A stretch of 64,000 nt of DNA from Patescibacteria group bacterium (GTDB lineage: Bacteria; Patescibacteriota; Gracilibacteria; UBA1369; PNNO01). The stretch covers positions 65,447 through 129,446 of the forward strand of contig JBHPIO010000002.1 in the NCBI GenBank assembly GCA_042568575.1, read 5' to 3'. Below, one piece after another: positions 1-6,570 of the stretch (position 1 is its first letter; each line of letters opens with the position of its first letter). A program made the translations under genes and the position numbers. Under the pieces are notes generated by a model that saw only the letters and a program-made list of their open reading frames with translations, was not told the DNA's origin and did not search any database.

Positions 1-71
1 TAGTGAAGTTTTTCCCATGTTGCAATTTTGTTAATAAAACAATAGTACATTATAGCAAATTTTGACATTTT

Positions 72-219
72 GCACAACGTCCGCGGCTTGTACGAAGTTG
101 CCGACGAGCGAGATGGTATAATTTTAAACCATCAAAGCGAGGAAGGCAATTTGGGTGAAGGCTTTCGGCTGTGCGAAGCCAGTCCGAAAAAGCCTGAACC
201 GGACAAGCCGCTGTTGTAC
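72..219 (-). repeat. attC-like recombination site 1
   Basis: gcacAAC-gtcc-gcggcttgtacg ... cggacaagccgc-t-GTTgtac; internal hairpins; closely resembles site 8. Confidence 0.85.
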
Positions 220-235
220 GATGTAGCGAAAATTA

Positions 236-499
236 TTAAGAAGTTTTGCTTGGTTTCATCCATTTAATATAACCTCTTAAATACAGAAAAAATAAAACTA
301 TGGAAGTTACACCATTTGCTATACTTCCTATTTGAAAGCTAAATATAAAACCGACTATTCCTGATATCATTCCTACGACGAAACCAATTTTTTTCTTGTC
401 TCCAAGAAGAAAAATTCCTGCAAAAACCGTTAACGTGACTATCCAATCTACGCCATAATACTGGAAAGCATAATGTTTTATTTGTTCCAGAATTCCCAT
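236..499 (-). CDS. Cassette 1: small membrane protein (PnuC/nicotinamide-riboside-transporter-like, ~3 TM)
   Basis: 87 aa, hydrophobic, YYGVDW...GDKKK motif; fills the cassette between sites 1 and 2; family call is tentative. Confidence 0.7.
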   Translation of the reverse strand: MGILEQIKHYAFQYYGVDWIVTLTVFAGIFLLGDKKKIGFVVGMISGIVGFIFSFQIGSIANGVTSIVLFFLYLRGYIKWMKPSKTS

Positions 500-538
500 A
501 GTTTTATTTTATATGAATAATGAAATTTTCGCTATTTC

Positions 539-656
539 GTACAACGTCTGCAAACTATACGAACTTTGACAGTGATATAATACGCCAAAGGCGGATCACT
601 GGCAAAGTTGGGTGAAGCGAGTGAAAGGAGCGAAACCGAATAGTTTGCTGTTATAT
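539..656 (-). repeat. attC-like recombination site 2
   Basis: gtacAAC-gtct-gcaaactatacg ... cgaatagtttgc-t-GTTatat. Confidence 0.85.
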
Positions 657-679
657 GATGTCGTAAATTCCCGACTCTA

Positions 680-1117
680 TTAATCTGATAATGTTTTAGA
701 AAATTTTGTAGAAGCTTCTTGATAACCGAGACCTTTGTAGAAGTCGTGCGCCTCTGTTCGATCTTTTCTACTTGTGACTTCTATTTTAGTAGAGCCGACT
801 TTTGCTGCCTCTTCTTCGAGCTTTTTTACTAATGTTTTCCCAATACCTTGTCTTCTGTATTTTTCTTTGACTATTAAAGTAATTATTCGAGCAGTTTTGC
901 CAGTTTCGTATAAAAAGTTGGTGATTTGTAATTGAGCAACTCCTGCAATTTCTCCTTTGGTTTCAGCAATAATTAGAATTACTTCTGGATTGTCGGTTAG
1001 TGCCTCAATTTTGTTACGAGCAAAAGTCGGCGTGTTAGGATATCCAAATTCAATTAATAATTCTGCTACGCCTTCTGCATCTTTAATTGTTGCTTCTCTG
1101 TAATTGATATCTTCCAT
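680..1117 (-). CDS. Cassette 2: GNAT family N-acetyltransferase
   Basis: Acetyl-CoA motif V..YRRQGIGKTL and AHDFYKGLGY. Confidence 0.9.
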   Translation of the reverse strand: MEDINYREATIKDAEGVAELLIEFGYPNTPTFARNKIEALTDNPEVILIIAETKGEIAGVAQLQITNFLYETGKTARIITLIVKEKYRRQGIGKTLVKKLEEEAAKVGSTKIEVTSRKDRTEAHDFYKGLGYQEASTKFSKTLSD

Positions 1118-1137
1118 AAGATCGAATTTACGATTTC

Positions 1138-1253
1138 ATATAACGTCTAGCACTATGCGATGTTTGGCGATGGTAAAATATCACGAAGTGATACCATCGC
1201 CAAATATAGGTGTAGCGACTGAAAGGAGCGGAACCGAATAGTGCTTGTTGTGC
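1138..1253 (-). repeat. attC-like recombination site 3
   Basis: atatAAC-gtct-agcactatgcg ... cgaatagtgct-t-GTTgtgc. Confidence 0.85.
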
Positions 1254-1270
1254 GATGTGTTGTGCCCGAC

Positions 1271-1711
1271 TTACTTAATCTTCTTTATGTAATGTACGAT
1301 TACGTCGTCTTTTTTGAAACCTAAATTTTTGTGAAATTTCTGGCTATCAACGTTCCTTAACTCTGCGTCTGAGCCGAGCTCTTTGCATCCCTGTTTTTTG
1401 GCCCACTTTTCACCTTGTTCCACAAGCTCTTTGGCAACTCCTTGTTTTCTGTATTTGGGCTTTACATAAATGCCTTCAACATAGCCGACTGGACTAGATG
1501 ATGAACCTTGGACATAATCGTTGCGAAGCGAAAGATTGATGAAGCCCAAATACTCACCCTTTTCATTTTGGGCCAAAAAGTTTGTGTATCTATCTGACTT
1601 TGAAAGTGCCTGAAATTCTTTTTTGAGTGTTTTTTTAGCGTGTGGCCAAAGAGCGAGGCCCATTGATAGCCACTCATTAAAGTTGTCTTCAGAAATTTCA
1701 CAAAAATTCAT
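1271..1711 (-). CDS. Cassette 3: aminoglycoside 6'-N-acetyltransferase AAC(6')-I-like GNAT
   Basis: LWP, SLRNDYVQGSSSSPVGYVEGIYV, ELGSDAELRNVDSQKFH match the AAC(6')-Ic/Iy-type pattern. The ATG at 1711 is preferred because the track's GTG (1732) lies inside the cassette terminal repeat. Confidence 0.8.
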   Translation of the reverse strand: MNFCEISEDNFNEWLSMGLALWPHAKKTLKKEFQALSKSDRYTNFLAQNEKGEYLGFINLSLRNDYVQGSSSSPVGYVEGIYVKPKYRKQGVAKELVEQGEKWAKKQGCKELGSDAELRNVDSQKFHKNLGFKKDDVIVHYIKKIK

Positions 1712-1740
1712 AGTATTGATGATTAAGGGCACAACATTTC

Positions 1741-1858
1741 GTACAACGTTCGCAAACTATACGAACTTGCGACAGGTGTAGAATAGCCGAAGGCGGACAC
1801 CTGAGCAAGTTGGGTGAAGCGAGTGAAAGGAGCGGAACCGAATAGTTTGCTGTTAGGC
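1741..1858 (-). repeat. attC-like recombination site 4
   Basis: gtacAAC-gttc-gcaaactatacg ... cgaatagtttgc-t-GTTaggc (canonical GTTRRRY). Confidence 0.85.
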
Positions 1859-1866
1859 GATGTTAA

Positions 1867-2097
1867 TTATTTTTTCCATTTTGCATATGCCCTAGCATTC
1901 AATGCTATAAGTATTATATTTAAAATTACACCAGGCCATATATGACCCATATAATTTACAGCTATCCATGCGATGTTACCAACAGTGTATATAATAAATG
2001 AATATCTTTTTTTGCTACCAACAAGGAATAGAAAAATAAGTGAACCTGCCATCCCAATCCAATCTAGTCCGTAATAATTTCCCAATATTTCATTCAT
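1867..2097 (-). CDS. Cassette 4: small membrane protein, paralogue of cassette 1 protein
   Basis: 76 aa from ATG 2097 (MNEILGNYYGLDW...GSKKR); the track's upstream extension runs through site 5. Confidence 0.75.
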   Translation of the reverse strand: MNEILGNYYGLDWIGMAGSLIFLFLVGSKKRYSFIIYTVGNIAWIAVNYMGHIWPGVILNIILIALNARAYAKWKK

Positions 2098-2115
2098 ATA
2101 AAAATAATTAATGTT

Positions 2116-2243
2116 GCCTAACGGCCATGAATAACTGAAGTTTGGTGGCGGTATAATTTGGAGCGGAGCGACATACCACCGCCAAATTTGGGAGAACGAA
2201 CGAAGCAAAGCGGAGTGAGTGAACCAGTTATTCATTGTTATGT
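2116..2243 (-). repeat. attC-like recombination site 5
   Basis: gcctAAC-ggcc-atgaataactg ... cagttattcat-t-GTTatgt. Confidence 0.85.
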
Positions 2244-2258
2244 GATGTGACAATAGGG

Positions 2259-2897
2259 TCACTTTGTTAAATGCTCAATCGCTTTTTTCAGTTGTCCGCC
2301 AAAATCGTTGTCCATGTTGAGAGCTTTTAACTTGTACTTCTTTGCTTCTTTGTCAAAAAATTGTCCATAGTAGTTGATCATTTCCGCGATCTTGTTGAGA
2401 GTTTCTTTTTCTTTTGTTTTACGAAGAATCCAGTCGTTTGGAGTTGAACTTTTCTTAAAGTCACGAACCATTTTTTCAACATCAGACTTAAAGAGAAAAA
2501 GAACGCAGAAATGTTTACGTCCGTATTTTTTAATTAGCCGAGCTGCAAGTTGTGGCGTTACATGGTAGCCCTCGACAATATAATCATTGCCATCAGTAAT
2601 TTCGCAGACGGAAAACATATCTATTGCGTCATAGCTAGACTTGGCCTGCTTAATGTAATTATTAGCAATCTGCTTTGGAGTATTGAGTGAATATGTTTCG
2701 TCATTAGTTTTGCCCTTTTGAGCATTATGTGGATAGAGTTTATCCATTTCCGCTTTAGAAGCATATTTTGAAACATATTCACGCGCTACAACTTGCAGCG
2801 TATCAGAAGCAACCCACTGAATGCCGAGCTTCTTGGACAATTTTTTGGCAAGTGTGGTTTTACCACATTTTGGCGGACCGCCGATTAAATAGATCAT
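2259..2897 (-). CDS. Cassette 5: P-loop kinase (2-phosphoglycerate-kinase/AAA-like)
   Basis: N-terminal Walker A GGPPKCGKTT, IVEG Walker B-like motif. Confidence 0.8.
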   Translation of the reverse strand: MIYLIGGPPKCGKTTLAKKLSKKLGIQWVASDTLQVVAREYVSKYASKAEMDKLYPHNAQKGKTNDETYSLNTPKQIANNYIKQAKSSYDAIDMFSVCEITDGNDYIVEGYHVTPQLAARLIKKYGRKHFCVLFLFKSDVEKMVRDFKKSSTPNDWILRKTKEKETLNKIAEMINYYGQFFDKEAKKYKLKALNMDNDFGGQLKKAIEHLTK

Positions 2898-2930
2898 AGT
2901 TTTATTTTAGCAAGACCCTATTGTTATTTC

Positions 2931-3031
2931 ATATAACGTTCGGCGCATATACAAAGTTTACATGCAGCGTAGCGGAATGTAAATTTGGGTGGAGCGACGA
3001 AGGAGCGGAACTGAATATACGCCTGTTATAT
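2931..3031 (-). repeat. attC-like recombination site 6 (shortest)
   Basis: atatAAC-gttc-ggcgcatataca ... tgaatatacgcc-t-GTTatat. Confidence 0.8.
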
Positions 3032-3046
3032 GAAGCACATTTTTTC

Positions 3047-3105
3047 GTTTGGGGGCGGCGCAGAGGGGATGGGGGTGAATGCGCCGCCCCCAAACACCTT
3101 TTTCT
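3047..3105 (+). terminator. Strong GC hairpin (16-bp perfect stem) followed by a T-rich tract
   Basis: gtttgggggcggcgca (3047-3062) / tgcgccgcccccaaac (3080-3095), then acctttttct. Confidence 0.55.
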
Positions 3106-3144
3106 TGTTTTACCTATCTGTGATAAGATTGAAAAGCGTTTTGC

Positions 3145-3173
3145 TTGACAAAACAATTCTATTTATTTATAAT
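3145..3173 (+). promoter_or_regulatory. Consensus sigma70 promoter inside cassette 6
   Basis: TTGACA-17 bp-TATAAT, exact consensus. Confidence 0.85.
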
Positions 3174-3204
3174 TCGATACCATTTACTTTTTAACCGTTT
3201 TATA

Positions 3205-3675
3205 ATGGAAACACAACAAGGAAATTCTGCCGAACAATTAGAAGGAAAATCCACTCAGGAGCTCTTGGATGCACTATGCGAGGTTCAAAAAATCGAACCT
3301 ATATTACTAGATCGAGGTCGTGCTTTTTTGAGAGATGTTTTGAGTAAAGAGGAAAATTTCCCTACAGATAGATTAAATGACTGTCGCGTAAGAGTCGAAG
3401 TAAATGACGGTGGTGGTCTCGTTGTTAGAGTGCCGGTTAATCGATTTGAGGTTGATGGTAGTACTTTAGATGCTCATCCACTTAAACTTGAAATGAAGGA
3501 TCAATGGAGTAATTTGCCCGGAGTTGCTCGTGTGGAGACTGATGGTAGTATGAATAGTGGAATAATGAATTTAGATGTTTATCTTCAATCCGATCAATTA
3601 CCTGAGCAAGATTCATCGCAAGCAGTTGAAGAAGTGCAGGAGGTTGTAGGAAAAGGTCTTAGTCAAAGTGTATAG
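3205..3675 (+). CDS. Cassette 6: acidic hypothetical protein, inverted relative to the array
   Basis: 156 aa from ATG 3205 (METQQG...), downstream of its own promoter. Confidence 0.75.
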   Translation: METQQGNSAEQLEGKSTQELLDALCEVQKIEPILLDRGRAFLRDVLSKEENFPTDRLNDCRVRVEVNDGGGLVVRVPVNRFEVDGSTLDAHPLKLEMKDQWSNLPGVARVETDGSMNSGIMNLDVYLQSDQLPEQDSSQAVEEVQEVVGKGLSQSV

Positions 3676-3688
3676 TTTCAATGGTTTA

Positions 3689-3733
3689 ATAATAGAGATC
3701 GGGATTATTTTAATAACTCCGATCTTTTTATTA
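3689..3733. terminator. Hairpin downstream of cassette 6 gene
   Basis: agagatcggga...tccgatcttt stem with A/T-rich flanks. Confidence 0.5.
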
Positions 3734-3770
3734 TGCCCCCCTCTATCAATAAAGGGAAAAAATGTATTGC

Positions 3771-3893
3771 ATATAACGTTTCGGCATATACGATGTTTGC
3801 CAGTGGTATAATACCGCGAAGCGGTTACCACTGGCAAATATGAGCGAAACGACGACTGAAAGGAGGAGTGTAGCCGTATATGCCGTGTTAAGT
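3771..3893 (-). repeat. attC-like recombination site 7
   Basis: atatAAC-gttt-cggcatatacg ... cgtatatgccg-t-GTTaagt. Confidence 0.85.
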
Positions 3894-3903
3894 GATGTAA
3901 ATT

Positions 3904-4527
3904 TTATTTTTTCTTTGCTAATACCCACCAATGATATTCGTTATCGCCTGGCTGTCCTTCATATTCGCTTTCTGTGATTTCAAAACCAGCCTGAGCAATC
4001 ATTGCCTTATATTTTTCAGGTTCATAATTGCTCCATGCCATTGGTGCTCCGACAAAATCTTTTTCTATACTTACTTCACTACTTGTACCCAATGTTACTA
4101 AAATAACCCCATTATTCTCTAACAAATTATGCATTTTATCAAACAAGGCTTGATGTTCTTCGCGCGGAATATGAAAAATAGAGTAAAAGGCGATGATTGC
4201 GTGGAAACGCTTGCCGCCAAAATCCGTCTTTGAAAAATCACCTTCAATAAAAGTTGCATCTGGTACATTTTTCTTCGCTTCGACAATATGATTGGAGGCA
4301 AAATCTATGCCGGTTACTTCAAAGCCCTTTTCAACAAGGTACTTGTCGAAAGGGATTCCAATACCACAACCCAAATCAAGGACTTTGGCGGCCTTTGGCA
4401 AGAGAACTGCCAGGCGATTCAGATATTTCTTTTCCATTTCATTAGGGTCTGAACTTACGCGGAAATGTCCAGCGTAGTCGCCTTGTTCATAACCTTCTTT
4501 AACGATTTTACGAATATCATTGGTCAT
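3904..4527 (-). CDS. Cassette 7: class I SAM-dependent methyltransferase
   Basis: VLDLGCGIG motif I, GIDF, GDF motifs. Confidence 0.9.
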   Translation of the reverse strand: MTNDIRKIVKEGYEQGDYAGHFRVSSDPNEMEKKYLNRLAVLLPKAAKVLDLGCGIGIPFDKYLVEKGFEVTGIDFASNHIVEAKKNVPDATFIEGDFSKTDFGGKRFHAIIAFYSIFHIPREEHQALFDKMHNLLENNGVILVTLGTSSEVSIEKDFVGAPMAWSNYEPEKYKAMIAQAGFEITESEYEGQPGDNEYHWWVLAKKK

Positions 4528-4546
4528 AAAAAATAAAATTTATTTC

Positions 4547-4690
4547 ACTTAACGGTTGCAAACTATACGAACTTTTTCGCGATGGTATAATAGCGCTTTA
4601 GCGCAACCATTGCAAAAAAAGTTGGGTGAGGGCTTTTGGCTGTGCGAAGCCAGCCGAAAAAAGGCCGAACCGTATAGTTTGCTGTTGTGC
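4547..4690 (-). repeat. attC-like recombination site 8
   Basis: acttAAC-ggtt-gcaaactatacg ... cgtatagtttgc-t-GTTgtgc. Confidence 0.85.
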
Positions 4691-4761
4691 GCTGTTGCGA
4701 AATCAAAATTTACCCGAAGGGTAAATAGAAATTTTGGCGACTAAATTATTTTGTCTAATTC

Positions 4762-4992
4762 TTATTTTTTCGAGGCCATAAGTTCAGTAACTGTTAGTCT
4801 TGCTCTAACTAAATTCCGAATTGTTTCTTCTTCAGGCGTTAGTGTTCCTAAGTCAGCTTTATGGGCGAGAATACTTTGTATGGCACCGGGGAGTTGATCT
4901 TCTCTGCCATCAGCAGTTTCTCTGGCTTTTCCATAACCATCTTTGTACCATCCAAAATTGCCAGATTCGGTTGGACCACCTACAGTAGCCAT
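4762..4992 (-). CDS. Cassette 8 (attI-proximal): hypothetical protein
   Basis: 76 aa ORF inside the cassette, preceded by a candidate promoter. Confidence 0.65.
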   Translation of the reverse strand: MATVGGPTESGNFGWYKDGYGKARETADGREDQLPGAIQSILAHKADLGTLTPEEETIRNLVRARLTVTELMASKK

Positions 4993-5020
4993 ATAATGTT
5001 TGATTATGAATTAAGACTAT

Positions 5021-5048
5021 ATTTTAGCAGAAGAATATTAATATGCAA
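5021..5048 (-). promoter_or_regulatory. Candidate promoter in cassette 8 pointing into the array
   Basis: Minus strand TTGCAT-16 bp-TAAAAT with extended -10 TG. Confidence 0.5.
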
Positions 5049-5089
5049 TATTTGTCGCCAAAATTTCTGTTCTTTTTTTTCGCAATGGC

Positions 5090-5126
5090 GTACAACTCAG
5101 CACTAAGCGTAGTTTACTATAGTTTA
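5090..5126 (-). other. attI-like primary recombination site
   Basis: Last gtacAAC of the array, followed by tc-agcactaagcg (like the left arm of site 3). It has no partner arm, carries a TAGTTTA direct repeat, and is adjacent to the recombinase start. Confidence 0.7.
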
Positions 5127-5188
5127 GAAGAATTTTAGAGTTTTTTTACAATGTTTTGGTACGTTCTGTGCGTATTTTAAGTTTTTTT

Positions 5189-6010
5189 ATGAGCCTTAAA
5201 AGCCAGTTACTGCTTAGGATGGAGCGCGAGATGATTATTAAGAATTATAGCCCCAGGACACAGAAAACCTATATGTACTGTATTGAGAAGTATTTGGAGT
5301 TTGATTTTGGGGCTGTGCGCAGGTGTGGTTTGGATAAAATTCGGGAATTTCTTGTGTTGAAGCAGGAAAGTGGCGTTGGTCCTGTTATGAGGAATTTGTA
5401 TCTTTGTGCCATTAAGTTTTTCTATCGAAGCGCACTGAATCGCCGTAAAACAATACCTATTCCGTATGCTAAACGACCAAAAAGCACGCCTATAACGCTA
5501 ACGCGCGTAGAGGTACTTCAGATGCTGTCCTACATTAACAATTACAAGCATAAATTGATCGTGGCATTGGCTTATGGAGCGGGTTTGAGACTCAGTGAGG
5601 TTACAAGTCTGAAAGTTTATGACATTCATTTACTTGATAAGACAATTCTTGTTAGAAGAGGGAAGGGCGCGAAACGGCGATATACGATTATTCCGGATAA
5701 ACTATGGTGGAAACTCCGTCTTTATGTGAAAAACAGGGATGCGCACAAGTATGTTTTTGAGAGTAATAGGGGAGGAAAGTTACATTCACGCACTGTTCAA
5801 AAGATTTTCAAAAAAGCTCTCAAGAAAGCCGGCATTGAAAAACAAGCCACGTTTCATTCGCTCAGGCATAGTTTTGCTACGCATTTGCTCGAAAATGGAA
5901 CAAATCTGCGATATGTGCAGGCGTTGCTTGGGCATTCAAGTATTAGAACAACTCAAATTTATACTCATGTTGATGATTGCGCAATTAAGACTGTCAAAAG
6001 CCCACTTTAA
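5189..6010 (+). CDS. Tyrosine recombinase, integron-integrase-like (N-terminal SAM-like domain, no IntI-specific insertion)
   Basis: NYSPRTQKTY N-domain; catalytic R (GLRLSE), K (GKGAK), HSLRH, LGH, Y (TQIYTH); C-terminal KSPL as in IntI-type enzymes. Confidence 0.92.
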   Translation: MSLKSQLLLRMEREMIIKNYSPRTQKTYMYCIEKYLEFDFGAVRRCGLDKIREFLVLKQESGVGPVMRNLYLCAIKFFYRSALNRRKTIPIPYAKRPKSTPITLTRVEVLQMLSYINNYKHKLIVALAYGAGLRLSEVTSLKVYDIHLLDKTILVRRGKGAKRRYTIIPDKLWWKLRLYVKNRDAHKYVFESNRGGKLHSRTVQKIFKKALKKAGIEKQATFHSLRHSFATHLLENGTNLRYVQALLGHSSIRTTQIYTHVDDCAIKTVKSPL

Positions 6011-6075
6011 ATCTTTATAAGATTGACAAGATGCATGTCAATATTATAAAGTGCATCTCCTATTAAAAATATATC

Positions 6076-6570
6076 ATGACAAGACGTCGCCCATCTGAGG
6101 GAGAAAAAGACCTGATTCAACGAGGATTAGTTGTATTAAAAGAAATCTATGAGCATCCTGAAAGTGCTAATGTCCATAGCGCGAGAGGTAGAATACTATC
6201 AAGAGTATTACTTGTAATGAATGGTCAGACAGTAGGTGATTTATACAGATTGATGGTTGTTGCAAGTTATCAGCCTACTGATGCGGACGCAATTTTAACA
6301 GCTTTAAATAGCAGTACTGGATTGCGCGAATTTGAACAATATTTGTTGGATTGCGATTCTGACGATCTGCGAGCGACTATTTTAAAAACATTTCCAACTC
6401 AAGAATCAAAGCAAGCGGCATTGGAATATTTAACTGCTGATGAAGATGGCAGAATTAGATTTCACCACAAAGGATACCTTGTTACAGAAGAACAACTTGC
6501 ATACTTAAACGAACTCTTGAGTTCAAGAGATTTACAAGAAGTACTTGAAATTCTATACAAACAAATTTAA
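6076..6570 (+). CDS. Hypothetical protein
   Basis: 164 aa ORF with TTGACA (6023) upstream; no recognisable motif. Confidence 0.65.
   Translation: MTRRRPSEGEKDLIQRGLVVLKEIYEHPESANVHSARGRILSRVLLVMNGQTVGDLYRLMVVASYQPTDADAILTALNSSTGLREFEQYLLDCDSDDLRATILKTFPTQESKQAALEYLTADEDGRIRFHHKGYLVTEEQLAYLNELLSSRDLQEVLEILYKQI

Larger units (their letters stand above)
1..6010. mobile_element. Integron-like element: tyrosine recombinase + attI-like site + array of >=8 gene cassettes (truncated at window start)
   Basis: Eight related AAC...GTT-bounded foldable sites alternate with single ORFs (7 of 8 on the minus strand). The array ends in a half-site at 5090-5126, next to the 5' end of a divergently transcribed tyrosine recombinase. 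Confidence 0.9.

Noticed and set aside
1-18. Start of a ninth cassette gene (MGKTSL, minus strand)
   Set aside because: Plausible, with a TATAAT at 49-54, but only six codons are visible, so it cannot be supported as a CDS.
2098-2262. N-terminal 55-aa extension of ORF 1867-2262
   Set aside because: It spans site 5; homology to cassette 1 starts at the ATG at 2097.
72-4690. CRISPR array interpretation of the repeated sites
   Set aside because: Repeats are 101-148 bp and divergent, spacers are whole genes, and there are no cas genes.
70-4744. Short track ORFs 70-267, 2921-3148, 2929-3156, 3613-3837, 3746-3931, 4556-4744
   Set aside because: They run through the palindromic recombination sites; their mutual similarity (LGEGF..CEAS) only reflects the DNA repeat.
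5189-6010. Calling the recombinase XerC/XerD or a prophage integrase
   Set aside because: It has IntI-like N- and C-termini, is adjacent to a cassette array, and there are no phage genes nearby; no gene symbol assigned.
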